64,000 bases of DNA from Acidobacteriota bacterium (GCA_040754075.1 JBFMDH010000001.1:166262-230261); one strand, 5' to 3'; positions 18,648 to 28,327 are shown, counted from the stretch's first letter. A program made the numbers and translations. Notes: generated from the letters alone by a model not told the origin.

Positions 18648-19370
18648 TTAAGATGAAAGCGTAAAAATTTCGTGCAGTAAATTCCAGGCTAAATATAAAC
18701 CGAAACCGATGCTAAAGAGTCCCGCCACGATGCGAATCGCGCGATTAAACGACGCGAATTTTTCTGCGGTGGCAACAAACGGCAAACCAATCATGGCGCT
18801 CATCAGCAGCATGCCGCCAACCGAACCGATGCCAAATATCGCGATGTAAGCCAAACCGAGCGCCACAGTTGGGACTGTGGTCAAGGCAATCAACATTAAC
18901 GCCGCGCTGCCTGCAAAACCGTGAACCATCCCGACCAGAAAGGGTTTGCGACCGATGCGTATGAGATGATGCTGATGATTGTGCTGGTTCTGCAAATGGA
19001 TGTGAACGTGTGAATGTTCGCCTTCGCTGTTGTGCTCGTGGATGTGGGAGTGAATGCTCACTGCCTGATTGCGAAAAGCCTGCCAGACGGCAAGCCCGCC
19101 AAGCGCAATTAACATCAACGCCACGGGCATTTCCATCCACGGTTCGATATGTTTCGGAATCGAAATTTTCAGCAACAAAACCACGATGCCAACGCCAAGC
19201 AGAGATGCCGTGTGACCAAGCCCCCAGAAGGTGCCAATCAGCGACGAGCGCCAGAGGCTTTTATGTTCGCTGACGATGGTTGAAACGGCGACCAGATGGT
19301 CTGCATCCAGGGCGTGCCGCAGCCCGTAAATAAATCCCAGGGATAATATGGCAATAACACTTTCATTCAT
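18648..19370 (-). CDS. NiCoT-like nickel/cobalt transporter family membrane protein with His-rich loop
   Basis: 240 aa. GLRHALDADHLVAV matches the NiCoT RHA(x)DADHI signature. Central loop HSHIHEHNSEGEHSHVHIHLQNQHNHQHH. Confidence 0.6.
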   Translation of the reverse strand: MNESVIAILSLGFIYGLRHALDADHLVAVSTIVSEHKSLWRSSLIGTFWGLGHTASLLGVGIVVLLLKISIPKHIEPWMEMPVALMLIALGGLAVWQAFRNQAVSIHSHIHEHNSEGEHSHVHIHLQNQHNHQHHLIRIGRKPFLVGMVHGFAGSAALMLIALTTVPTVALGLAYIAIFGIGSVGGMLLMSAMIGLPFVATAEKFASFNRAIRIVAGLFSIGFGLYLAWNLLHEIFTLSS

Positions 19371-19565
19371 TGATTCTGCTCCAGACAGAGAGTGTAACAG
19401 GATGAAGTTTTTTGTAAATCTCTTCTACGGTAAATCGCTCAGGAAAGATTTGTGAATAAAGGAATGGCTGAATTTTAAAGCAACTTTTTTAGCGCCAGAT
19501 GTCGTTGGATGAGCGGCGTGCCATATCAAAATGTCGCTCACCCAACGGAGATTGATTCACCGGAT

Positions 19566-20582
19566 TTAAGTGAAAGTGATGGGGAAAGGCATAAAGCACA
19601 GGAAAAAAACGATCAAAGCGATTGCCGCTAATATCTTTCTGCCTCTTCCCAACGGCTCTTCAACGGCAAGCGGCGGATGCCCGACTTTTAACAGGAACAG
19701 TAATACGAACGTCCACAAAAACCAGATGGGCGATTGATAGAGCGCATACGAAAGCACGGCGAGTGTCGCTACCGCCAGGACTACGCCTGTCGAGACCCAT
19801 TTGTGAATGCGCCGACCGAATACCGCGTACAAGACATGCCCGCCATCAAGTTGACCGACCGGGAAGAGATTTAATGCCGTAACCAGCAACGCGCCCCAGG
19901 TTGCCCAGTAGACAGGGTTCCAGTGAATCCATTCCGGGAGTCCGAAAATTTTATTGATCAGGATAAACAATACCGGGTCGTGAAATTGCATTCCGCCTGA
20001 GCCGATGGGGGTTGCCGCCTTTGCAAAAAACAATCCGATAAACGATGCCGGTAAAGCGAAAGCAAATCCGGCGAGCGGTCCGGCGATGCCAATATCAAAA
20101 AGCGCGCGGCGTGTGCGAATCGGTTCTTTGATTTTAATCACTGCGCCGAAGGTGCCAAACAGCGTAATCACCGGTGGCGCGGGAAGAAAAAACGGCAAAG
20201 TGGCGCGAATGCCATAATAACGACAGGCGAAATAGTGCCCGAGTTCGTGCGCCCCTAAAATCGTCAGCAAGGTGAAGGTGAAAACCAATCCGCTGATTAA
20301 GGGTTCGTAATTTCCGGCTTGGGTTGCGTGAATGACGGCAGTGACGGGCGCAAACAAAGCTCTGATGATGGAATCAGTTTGCTCGTCGATGCTGACCACC
20401 ATCGCCGCGCCGGTAATCATCGTCGTAATGATCGTGAAGAAGAGTAAAACGATATGAAGGAAAATGCGGCTTGGCGCTAGTTCTTCGGAGCGCTCCAGCG
20501 CGTAACGTTCATCACGTTGGGCGCGTTCAAGCTCAGGAAACAGATAAGGCTGATTGGTGCTTTCCACAAAAACAGGATACAA
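19566..20582 (-). CDS. site-2 protease family (M50) membrane metalloprotease
   Basis: 338 aa, polytopic. HELGHYFACRYYG (HExxH) and downstream LFPVGQLDGGH (NxxPxxxLDG-like) motifs. Confidence 0.85.
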   Translation of the reverse strand: MYPVFVESTNQPYLFPELERAQRDERYALERSEELAPSRIFLHIVLLFFTIITTMITGAAMVVSIDEQTDSIIRALFAPVTAVIHATQAGNYEPLISGLVFTFTLLTILGAHELGHYFACRYYGIRATLPFFLPAPPVITLFGTFGAVIKIKEPIRTRRALFDIGIAGPLAGFAFALPASFIGLFFAKAATPIGSGGMQFHDPVLFILINKIFGLPEWIHWNPVYWATWGALLVTALNLFPVGQLDGGHVLYAVFGRRIHKWVSTGVVLAVATLAVLSYALYQSPIWFLWTFVLLFLLKVGHPPLAVEEPLGRGRKILAAIALIVFFLCFMPFPITFT

Positions 20583-20614
20583 CTTTGGGATAGTTTGCTG
20601 TCAACAGCAGCGAG

Positions 20615-20649
20615 AAGGATGTTAGATGGTTGCATCACCTAACATCCTT
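20615..20649. other. 11 bp perfect hairpin between the HU/IHF gene and the M50 protease gene
   Basis: aaggatgttag (20615-20625) pairs with ctaacatcctt (20639-20649), 13 nt loop. No clear U-tract, so its role as a terminator is uncertain. Confidence 0.4.
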
Positions 20650-20657
20650 TAGGAAAT

Positions 20658-20921
20658 TCAGGATTGAAGTTCTTTGCCCGGTTTAAAGCGAATGGTTTTT
20701 CCCGGCGGAATATCTGTAACTTCGCCGGTGCGAGGATTACGACCGACGCCGCGTTTGCGTGGTTTGACAACGAACACCCCGAACCCGCGCAGTTCAATTC
20801 GCTCCCCTCTTTGCAAAGCATTTTTCATCGCTTCAAAAAGCGCTTCGACGGCAACTTCAGCTTTAATTTTTGGAACTCCGGTTTTGTCAGAAACTTCATT
20901 TACGATATCGAGCTTAATCAC
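20658..20921 (-). CDS. HU/IHF family DNA-binding protein
   Basis: 87 aa. RGFGVFVVKPRKRGVGRNPRTGEVTDIPPGKTIRFKPGKEL is the beta-arm signature (RNPxTGE). Confidence 0.9.
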   Translation of the reverse strand: MIKLDIVNEVSDKTGVPKIKAEVAVEALFEAMKNALQRGERIELRGFGVFVVKPRKRGVGRNPRTGEVTDIPPGKTIRFKPGKELQS

Positions 20922-20983
20922 GGTTAGCCTCCGTTTGACTTCGATTTAATAATTACTGAAAGCCATGATTGATGAAGGCTTGC

Positions 20984-21013
20984 ATTATAGGAACCGCTTT
21001 TAACGACTGTCAA
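20984..21013 (-). promoter_or_regulatory. sigma70-like promoter for the HU/IHF gene
   Basis: On the minus strand: TTGACA (complement of 21008-21013), 18 nt spacer, TATAAT (complement of 20984-20989), about 60 nt upstream of the start at 20921. Confidence 0.5.
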
Positions 21014-21266
21014 GAAAGTAAAAAAAAACTGCTGCAATCAGATTTGTTGAATCTGTAAGATGACTTTTTCGCTGAGTGAAAGCCGGATTCCTGAATGACA
21101 AATAAGCCTTTTCAGATGAGGCAAACTGGACGGAGCGGGTTTCGCAAATTTATCCGTCTTATCTGTTCCACCCGCTCAATCAATAAGTTTTACCTCTCGG
21201 TATTGAGTGATTGAATTTTTTGGTAGTGATTAATGGTAAACCTGCGCTCGACTGTAGAGAGAATTT

Positions 21267-21707
21267 TTAAACATCGGGGTCGGCGTTGCTCGCCTGTGCG
21301 CCGCCTTTATCTGCCCCGTGAATTTGCCGCGATTCATCGACATAGAATGAACGCTTGCCGGTCACGCCGTAACGTTCGGGAATCGCTGTCGCTTCAAAAC
21401 CGCCCGGACGCACGCGCACTTCAAAGCGATACCCGGTGAGTTTGCCGCGCGCGGGGTCGCTCATTGCCCCGCTTGCAATCAAGGTTTCAAGCGTCGCAAA
21501 CTGTCCGTCACCATTCAGCGCATAAGCCATTTCAGCCGTGACAATCGAACGCAAACGGGCAAGGGCAGCCGTTTCGTTAGCCGCAATCACCTGCGGCACT
21601 TGTTCGGGTCGATTGGTGTTTTTTGCATCGCTGCCAAAATTTTTTATCAGGCTGTCACATCCGGTTAAACTTAAAGCGAGCATCGCTATCAACAAGAATT
21701 TTTTCAT
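21267..21707 (-). CDS. hypothetical lipoprotein
   Basis: Start chosen at the internal ATG giving MKKFLLIAMLALSLTGCDS (lipobox LTGC). The central segment AALARLRSIVTAEMAYA resembles pilin-like acidobacterial proteins, but function is unknown. Confidence 0.5.
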   Translation of the reverse strand: MKKFLLIAMLALSLTGCDSLIKNFGSDAKNTNRPEQVPQVIAANETAALARLRSIVTAEMAYALNGDGQFATLETLIASGAMSDPARGKLTGYRFEVRVRPGGFEATAIPERYGVTGKRSFYVDESRQIHGADKGGAQASNADPDV

Positions 21708-21938
21708 CGGGGAGTCCTCAATCAGTTCGGATTTAAAACCGCAGGGGCAGCCGTCAATTTGCCAACATACTATTTTGAAAACCGGAATGCCGCAATACTT
21801 ATTCAATGGCATCCCTGACCGGATAAGCTAAATTTTTCTGTCAATCGCTTGACTAAAGCTGTAGACATAATTAGACCTGAATCTTGAATTGTCCCGGAAT
21901 GAAATCGCAAAACCGCCACGCGACAAAGGAGACTACGG

Positions 21939-22847
21939 ATGAAAGTTTTGATGACCGGGGTGACCGGGCTAATCGGCAAAGCGTTATGCGAGCGGCTCAA
22001 AAGTGAAGGGCATATCATCGTTGGACTTTCGCGTTCGCCGCAAAAGGTCAAAGGTTTAGCGGTTGATGAAATGCACGCCTGGGACACGCTTTCCTGCCCG
22101 CCGCCTGATGCTGCACTCGATGGCATTGATGCCGTGATTCACCTCGCGGGTGAACCGATTGCCGAAGGACGATGGACGGATGCAAAGAAAAAACGCATAC
22201 GCGATTCGCGTCTGGTCAGCACCAGAAATTTAGTTGAAGGGATGCGCGCGGCGTCCTCAAAACCGAGCGTTTTTTTGTGCAGTTCAGCAGTCGGCATTTA
22301 CGGTGACCGGGGCGATGAAGAGCTTGACGAACGCGCCCAAGCCGGTTCGGGATTTCTCGAAGACCTTTGCAAAGCCTGGGAAGCCGAAGCCGGACGCGCC
22401 AGAGAACTCGGCATTCGCGTCGTTGAAGTTCGCACGGGCGTGGTCTTAGCGACCGAAAGCGGCGCGCTTGCCAAGATGCTTCCGGCATTCAAGATGGGAG
22501 TTGCCGGCAGGCTCGGCAACGGGCGTCAATGGTTCCCGTGGATTCATCTTGATGACATCGTCGGATTGTATATTTTTGCGCTCAATACGCCGACGCTCAA
22601 TGAACCGATAAACGGCGTCGCGCCCGAATCAGTGACTAACGCGGAATTTACCAAACAACTTGGCAAAGCTTTACATCGTCCCGCCTTCATCCCGGTTCCG
22701 GCATTGGGGTTGAAGTTACTGTTTGGCGAAATGGCAGCCGTGTTAGTCGCCAGTCAACGGGCGATTCCGAAAACCGCGCTTGCCGCAGGCTACAAATTCA
22801 AATACGCCAGCCTTGCGCCTGCGCTTCAAAATTTAGTCGGGAAATGA
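21939..22847 (+). CDS. TIGR01777 (YfcH-like) NAD-dependent epimerase/dehydratase family protein
   Basis: 302 aa. MKVLMTGVTGLIGKAL Rossmann motif. C-terminal DUF1731-like GYKFKY. Confidence 0.8.
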   Translation: MKVLMTGVTGLIGKALCERLKSEGHIIVGLSRSPQKVKGLAVDEMHAWDTLSCPPPDAALDGIDAVIHLAGEPIAEGRWTDAKKKRIRDSRLVSTRNLVEGMRAASSKPSVFLCSSAVGIYGDRGDEELDERAQAGSGFLEDLCKAWEAEAGRARELGIRVVEVRTGVVLATESGALAKMLPAFKMGVAGRLGNGRQWFPWIHLDDIVGLYIFALNTPTLNEPINGVAPESVTNAEFTKQLGKALHRPAFIPVPALGLKLLFGEMAAVLVASQRAIPKTALAAGYKFKYASLAPALQNLVGK

Positions 22848-22942
22848 GACCGAAGGTTTATTGAATCTGTATTCGTTGTGTATGGATTTTGCCGCCATTT
22901 GGAATTTCCCCGCCTGGCGGCTCAATGGTTGACGGTGGAATG

Positions 22943-24232
22943 TCAAGGCGTACCCGAAGGCTTGTCGAATTTACTTTTCATCAATTCCCCTGCGCGGTCA
23001 TTGGAAATCGTAATGTTGGCTTCGACACGATTGCCGCTGCTTGAAGCTTTCAATTTTCCTAAAACCTCTTTGATGTCAGGGCTGACGTTTTTCCCGAAAT
23101 TGCGAATGCCCCAGACCAGTGTGTTTAATAATGCAACCTGATTTTTCGCTTCATCAGCAGACGGCGCGAAGGCAAAGATGGAAAGTTTGGCAATCTCTTT
23201 GGTCAAGGTGAGTTCAATCGAACAGGACGAAAGAATATGCAGCGGCCCAAGCGCGTGGGATTCGCCCAGTAAAAACAGCACTTTTTTTGCCTGCACATCG
23301 ACGTAATTATTGCCCGACGATTTGCTGACCGCGATGTTTGAAATGGAACCGTCTTTTTCAATCTTGAAGGTTAGCCGCAAATATAAATTGGTCGAATCCA
23401 CGTTGATGAACCCGACTTTATTCATTGCATAGATTTGCCCCAAGACCTCTTTGATTGGCGCTTCGTTGATTTCGCCGAATTTGGGCTTTTCATCGGTTTT
23501 CTGGTCATCAGTTTTAGCCTGTTCACCTGCTGCGGCTTTGTCTTTGGCTTCCTGTTCGGCTTTGGCAAGCTCAGCCTGCTTTTCTTCTTGGGCTTTCTTG
23601 CGCGCCTCTTCACGACGCCGGCGCTCTTCTTCCTCGCGACGACGGCGTTCTTCCTCTTCACGACGCTTGCGGTCACGCTCGCGTATTTCATCAAGCGACA
23701 TGGTGTTTTCAAGCGATTGTCTGGGAAGTTTCAACCGCGGCGGCAGCACCGCGACCAGTTTTTCATCATACTGGCGATAGGCTTTGTTTACCACGCGCAT
23801 ATTTTTGTACGGCGCAATAATCGACATCACTAGAACGTAGCCGAGATAAATGATGGCTACGGAATGCACGACGGTTGAAAGCACCAGCAGTTTTTTCAAC
23901 GGGCGACGTTTGACGGGTTTATCTATGAGCGCCACATCTGTAGTAAATGCTGCGACTTTATCTGCGGGTTTATAAATGTAGCCGAGATTGATGACATCCA
24001 AACTGAAGGCGCTTTTGAGGAATTGAATCGGGTGTTTGAAAACGTCGAGAACACGTTGAACGAAACTGCGCGGCAACCAGAGTTCAGGTCTATCCGGGAG
24101 AAAAACCGCTTTCAAATAAGCCGGGAGATTTTGCGCCTCTTTGGACAGGTTGCCAAATTCACGCGCCAGTCGCTTGAGGAGCATTTCGCGTTCAAGCATT
24201 GAAAAGATTTTTTCTTCTTGAATATGTTGCAT
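22943..24232 (-). CDS. membrane protein with TonB C-terminal-like domain and highly charged ER-repeat linker
   Basis: 429 aa, one TM segment. RKRREEEERRRREEEERRRREEARKKAQEEKQ linker. LTFKIEKDGSISNIAVSKSSGNNYVDVQAKKVL resembles a TonB_C domain, followed by an extra ~100 aa. Confidence 0.45.
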   Translation of the reverse strand: MQHIQEEKIFSMLEREMLLKRLAREFGNLSKEAQNLPAYLKAVFLPDRPELWLPRSFVQRVLDVFKHPIQFLKSAFSLDVINLGYIYKPADKVAAFTTDVALIDKPVKRRPLKKLLVLSTVVHSVAIIYLGYVLVMSIIAPYKNMRVVNKAYRQYDEKLVAVLPPRLKLPRQSLENTMSLDEIRERDRKRREEEERRRREEEERRRREEARKKAQEEKQAELAKAEQEAKDKAAAGEQAKTDDQKTDEKPKFGEINEAPIKEVLGQIYAMNKVGFINVDSTNLYLRLTFKIEKDGSISNIAVSKSSGNNYVDVQAKKVLFLLGESHALGPLHILSSCSIELTLTKEIAKLSIFAFAPSADEAKNQVALLNTLVWGIRNFGKNVSPDIKEVLGKLKASSSGNRVEANITISNDRAGELMKSKFDKPSGTP

Positions 24233-24429
24233 ATACTGCCCGCTCGCTTTCGACCAGCAGTTTCTAATTTAGAAGTCTAACAACTGTGGCCGGTTTTTGT
24301 CACTCTCCACCTGTTACTCCGCTTATTGAACGCCTTCCAGGTAACAACAGTTCATCTTTAGTTGCTCAGCGCAAGAGACGCAAACGGGCTGTCAGTTTAT
24401 CTCTAATGGGTTGGTGCAGTTTAGCGCAT

Positions 24430-25305
24430 TTAAACGGCGAGAGCCATACCTAATGAATCGGTTATTTCCCAGGCGGAATCATCATGCAGGACGCGCGAGA
24501 CGAGCGCCGTGTGGACGCCATGCCCGGTGCGTTCGGCTTCAACGTGTCCGAGCACAGGCATACCGAATAGAGCGAGGTCGCCCATGATGTCTAAAATTTT
24601 ATGACGCACAAATTCGTCGGCAAAGCGCAAACCTTCCGAATTCATCACGCCGCCTTCGGGTGTGAGCACTACGGCGTTTTCCAATCCGCCGCCGCGAATC
24701 AACCCGGCATCGCGCAGGGCTTCGACTTCGGCGAGAAATCCGAAAGTGCGGGCGGCGGCAATCTCTCTGGCGAAATGACCGTTGACCACTTCCAGAGTGC
24801 GGCGTTGGGTGCCGACCATCGCATGGGGGAATTCAATTAGACAGGAGATGGAAAATTGATTGGCAGGGCTGATGCTCATGCAACGATTGGCGTCGTGAAC
24901 TTCGACGCGCTTGAGGATACGAAGAAACTGGCGCGGCGCTTCAAGTGTCGCCGTGCCTGCCTGTTCAATCAGTTCAATGAACGGTTCGGCGCTGCCATCA
25001 AGAATCGGCACTTCCAGGGAATCGAGTTCAATAATGCAGTTATCGATATGCGAACCGGAAAGCGCCGACAGCAGATGTTCGACAGTGGCAATCATGACGC
25101 CCTGTTTCATTAAGGTCGTGGCATAACTCACACGCGCCACATATTGCGGCGCGGCTTGAATTTCAAAGTTGTTCAAATCGGTGCGGCGAAAAACAAAACC
25201 CGTGTAGGCGGGAGCGGGTTTTAATGTGAGATTAACTTTTTCACCGGTGTGCAATCCGTGTCCGCTAATTGAAACTGCACTCGCAAGCGTCGTTTGATGA
25301 ATCAA
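24430..25305 (-). CDS. lpxC: UDP-3-O-acyl-N-acetylglucosamine deacetylase
   Basis: IHQTTLASAVSISGHGLHTGEKVNLTLKPA, ATVEHLLSAL, HKILDIMGDLAL. Start set to the TTG at 25305 preceded by agagg. The longer track ORF adds a non-homologous N-terminus. Confidence 0.88.
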   Translation of the reverse strand: MIHQTTLASAVSISGHGLHTGEKVNLTLKPAPAYTGFVFRRTDLNNFEIQAAPQYVARVSYATTLMKQGVMIATVEHLLSALSGSHIDNCIIELDSLEVPILDGSAEPFIELIEQAGTATLEAPRQFLRILKRVEVHDANRCMSISPANQFSISCLIEFPHAMVGTQRRTLEVVNGHFAREIAAARTFGFLAEVEALRDAGLIRGGGLENAVVLTPEGGVMNSEGLRFADEFVRHKILDIMGDLALFGMPVLGHVEAERTGHGVHTALVSRVLHDDSAWEITDSLGMALAV

Positions 25306-25488
25306 ATCAGTGCCTCTTGAAATTAAATTTACCTGCAAATATAGAGCAACGATAAGGCAACCATTGTACCAGTTAAAAAAGCAGTGATGCCTGCGGAAAA
25401 ATAAGGACTTAATCACAGATGAGAGAGTTCGACTGTTGCAATAAAGCAACAACCGTGTGGTGAGCAGACACAAAAGGATTCGGAGGTA

Positions 25489-25537
25489 TTTTAACTTTTA
25501 ACTTTTGTCTTTTTAATTTTGCCTTTTAACTTTTCAT
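25489..25537. repeat. (TTTTAAC)-type heptamer array abutting the stop codon of the M20 peptidase gene
   Basis: ttttaac ttttaac ttttgtc tttttaa ttttgcc ttttaac ttttcat. Strict 7 nt phasing. A shorter related run lies at 49055-49091. Confidence 0.75.
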
Positions 25538-26950
25538 TCATTTCGCGCCTGCGACATCAACGACTGCGCGCCAGATAAATTCGACGAATTTGCCTAAGCC
25601 GTCGATAGATAAACGTTCATCGTTGCCATGAACATTTGTCGGGAAGCGGTCATTAACGACGCTGCCGAGTCCGTAAGCCTGCACCCCTTTGGCGCGCAGT
25701 TGCGCCGAATCGGTCGCGCCTGTAAGCATACTCGGAAGCGTCACTGCGGTTGGAAACATTTTCTGTTGTGCGCGTTCGAGGGCTTGAAACATTTCTGTCG
25801 TAACCCCTGATGGCGCGGGCGCGGGTCTTCCGCGTCCTGACGGCGCAACCACTTCAACTGTCGAGTCGTCAATCAGCTTTTTCAAACTTTCCACCAGTGC
25901 GGGAATGTTTTCGTCGGGAACCGCGCGCACATCGAGGGTCGCTTCGGCATCGCCCGGTATCACGTTTGAACGAAAGCCGCCTTTAATAATCGTCGGCACA
26001 ATCGAGGTGCGAATCATCGAATAATATTGCGGATATTTAGCCCAGAGCTTTTCCTGTACTTTCGGGTCTTCAAGGTGCGTAAACAGATAAGCATCTTCGG
26101 GCGAACTGATTTTTGCGAGACGTTTAAAAAATTCGCGAGTGGTTTCATTGAGTCGCATAGGCACGAGCCAGTTGCCGACTTTAGCGACTGCCGCCGCGAG
26201 ATGGGTAATCGCATTATCCATTCGCGGCACCGACCCATGTCCGCTCGTTCCTCGCCCAATGAGCCGCATCCCACGCGGGACTTTTTCAGTGGTTGCAACA
26301 TTGACGCTGATGACTTTGTCACCGACCTCACGAATGCCGCCGCCTTCGTTCAAGGCAAACTCGCATTCGATTTTGTCCCAATGTTCATTAACCATATAAT
26401 CAATGCCGACGCGGGTCGTGCCTTCTTCACCGGCTTCAGCAAGAAAAATCACATCGCGGTCAAGCGGCATCTTCATTCGATGAAGCATCAGAAAAACTTC
26501 AAGACAAGCGATGGTCATGCCTTTGTCGTCGGATGCGCCGCGCCCGTAAATAAAACCGTCTTTGATAACCCCGCCAAACGGATCAACCGTCCATTTATCG
26601 CGTTCAACGCCGACCACATCAATATGCCCCATCAATAGAAGCGGGCGCTTTTTGCCGTTGCCTTTGAGTCGCGCCACAATATTGCCGCGCCCTTTTTCAA
26701 GTTCAAAAATTTCCGAAGCGATGCCTTCACGGTCGAATATGGCTTTCAGGTACTCAGCGCCTTTGGTTTCATTGCCCGGCGGATTGCTGGTATCAACTTT
26801 GACGAAACCCGCGAGCATCTGCACCGCTTCATCCCGCGCCTTGTTGAAGTCGGGCGCGGTGGTTTTTTGCAATGCAGAGGCGAGTGCGGATGAAGCGATG
26901 AGCAGAAAAACGGTTGCCGTGGCAACGACCAACTGAAAGCGTGAACGCAT
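25538..26950 (-). CDS. secreted M20/M25/M40 family peptidase
   Basis: 470 aa with a signal peptide. MGHIDVV, GRGASDDKG, AEAGEEG metal-ligand motifs. Confidence 0.85.
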   Translation of the reverse strand: MRSRFQLVVATATVFLLIASSALASALQKTTAPDFNKARDEAVQMLAGFVKVDTSNPPGNETKGAEYLKAIFDREGIASEIFELEKGRGNIVARLKGNGKKRPLLLMGHIDVVGVERDKWTVDPFGGVIKDGFIYGRGASDDKGMTIACLEVFLMLHRMKMPLDRDVIFLAEAGEEGTTRVGIDYMVNEHWDKIECEFALNEGGGIREVGDKVISVNVATTEKVPRGMRLIGRGTSGHGSVPRMDNAITHLAAAVAKVGNWLVPMRLNETTREFFKRLAKISSPEDAYLFTHLEDPKVQEKLWAKYPQYYSMIRTSIVPTIIKGGFRSNVIPGDAEATLDVRAVPDENIPALVESLKKLIDDSTVEVVAPSGRGRPAPAPSGVTTEMFQALERAQQKMFPTAVTLPSMLTGATDSAQLRAKGVQAYGLGSVVNDRFPTNVHGNDERLSIDGLGKFVEFIWRAVVDVAGAK

Positions 26951-27361
26951 AATTTCTCCTTAAATAAATGGGATGAACACAAGCCAATTCCGAATCGGTC
27001 AAAAGAAGATAATTCGCCGATACAAAAAGGTCAAAGTGATGTGAGGTTTTCGCGGCATAAAATAAAAATGATTTAAAATGCCTGTAATAATTGAGGTTTT
27101 GCTGCCGAGTAAAAATGGCACACTCGTTGCTCTGGTTGAGTACGGAAGCTTGAGGCACTTGTTAAGGTGCTTTCTTACGGAGCCATCATGCGGAACCGGT
27201 GTTTGCACGAATGATTCGCACATTGCTCATCGCAATCGCGGCAGGAACCTCACCTCTTTGCGCGGATGAACAATAGTGCAACGTCTGTTGCAAAACCTAA
27301 CGAAGAAGAACCCTCTCTACTCTTTTAAGTTCCGGTACGACGCATGATGGCGCCGCTTTCT

Positions 27362-27390
27362 CAATTGCGGATTGCGGATTGCGGATTGCC
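27362..27390. repeat. (ATTGCGG)4 heptamer array, left arm flanking the GIY-YIG cassette
   Basis: caattgcggattgcggattgcggattgcc. Near-perfect inverted match to 28280-28313. Confidence 0.85.
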
Positions 27391-27492
27391 GCTGCCAACT
27401 CATTCACCTTCACTTAAATATTTAACCCCGACAACCAAACATAGACTTGCCATCGCTAACGCTAAATTTAGTGACTAAAGGTGCAAGATATT

Positions 27493-28116
27493 CTACGCTT
27501 CAAAAAGTTCAGGTAACCCATATAAAAGAACTGTAGAGGTACTATTAACTAAAAACGGTTTCTCTTCGATCCAACGAGGAGCAAGAGCCATACCTTTATC
27601 TGGAATGGTACTAATAGGTTCTTCTGCTGAATAAAGTAAATTCATAATGGCTGCTTCTATTCTTGCAAGACTTCTACGTTCAGTGTTCAAAGGAGCAAGA
27701 AATATCCGAAAAGCAGAAAGCAAAGATTCTATTGGAAGTTCCAGTTCTTGATAACGAGAGTGAAACAATTGCTTCATTTCAGGAGTATTCGTAGACTTGC
27801 CCATCCACATACCATGCCAAAGTTCAACCCTCTTACCATTTTGCAAACTCTCAGGATCAAAAATTGTATAGGTTCCTTTTCTATAAGTGGCTATGTGTTC
27901 TTTAAGTCGCTTTTTAAAGGGTCTTGTAGTCCAGCCAGCCATATAGATTAAATACCCATTATTGTGTTCAACAGTAAAAAGATAAATTCCTGATTGCTCA
28001 ACTACTGGAGATTTTAAAAACAACTCTCCTTCACAACCTTGTAAAACTAGCGGACCTTTCCATGAAAGTAAGTAACTATCATGATCAGTATCATTGAGCA
28101 TAATTTTATTTGCCAC
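27493..28116 (-). CDS. GIY-YIG nuclease-domain protein, otherwise uncharacterised
   Basis: 207 aa. SGIYLFTVEHNNGYLIYMAGWTTRPFKKRLKEH fits GIY-(x9-11)-YxG-x-T-x(5-6)-R-x3-H, as in I-TevI and UvrC N-domains. The gene is visibly AT-richer than its flanks (by eye). Confidence 0.55.
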   Translation of the reverse strand: MANKIMLNDTDHDSYLLSWKGPLVLQGCEGELFLKSPVVEQSGIYLFTVEHNNGYLIYMAGWTTRPFKKRLKEHIATYRKGTYTIFDPESLQNGKRVELWHGMWMGKSTNTPEMKQLFHSRYQELELPIESLLSAFRIFLAPLNTERRSLARIEAAIMNLLYSAEEPISTIPDKGMALAPRWIEEKPFLVNSTSTVLLYGLPELFEA

Positions 28117-28175
28117 CTATCGACACAAAGCCGCCGAACTTCTATTTGAGAGCGGCTTACAAAATAATTCGCTGA

Positions 28176-28239
28176 GGTTGAGCAAGCGGTCTTTGACTAC
28201 GTCGTTATGACTTACTTGGTTGAGCAATCGGTCTTTGAC
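28176..28239. repeat. two direct copies of a 22-mer (ggttgagcaaNcggtctttgac), 42 bp apart
   Basis: 28176-28197 ggttgagcaagcggtctttgac and 28218-28239 ggttgagcaatcggtctttgac. The reverse complement recurs twice at 61083-61129. Confidence 0.75.
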
Positions 28240-28279
28240 CGCGTAAGGAATCGCAATCAAAGACCACTTGTGCGGCGCT

Positions 28280-28327
28280 CAATCCGCAATCCGCATTTCG
28301 CAATCCGCAATTGGAAAATCCGCAATT
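28280..28327. repeat. (CCGCAAT)n heptamer array, right arm; overlaps the serS stop codon
   Basis: caatccgcaatccgcatttcgcaatccgcaattggaaaatccgcaatt. Confidence 0.85.

Noticed and set aside
19504-19546. 12 bp stem hairpin (gttggatgagcg / cgctcacccaac) downstream of the M50 protease gene as a terminator
   Set aside because: The 19 nt loop is large and no U-tract follows on the relevant (minus) strand. Too weak to call.
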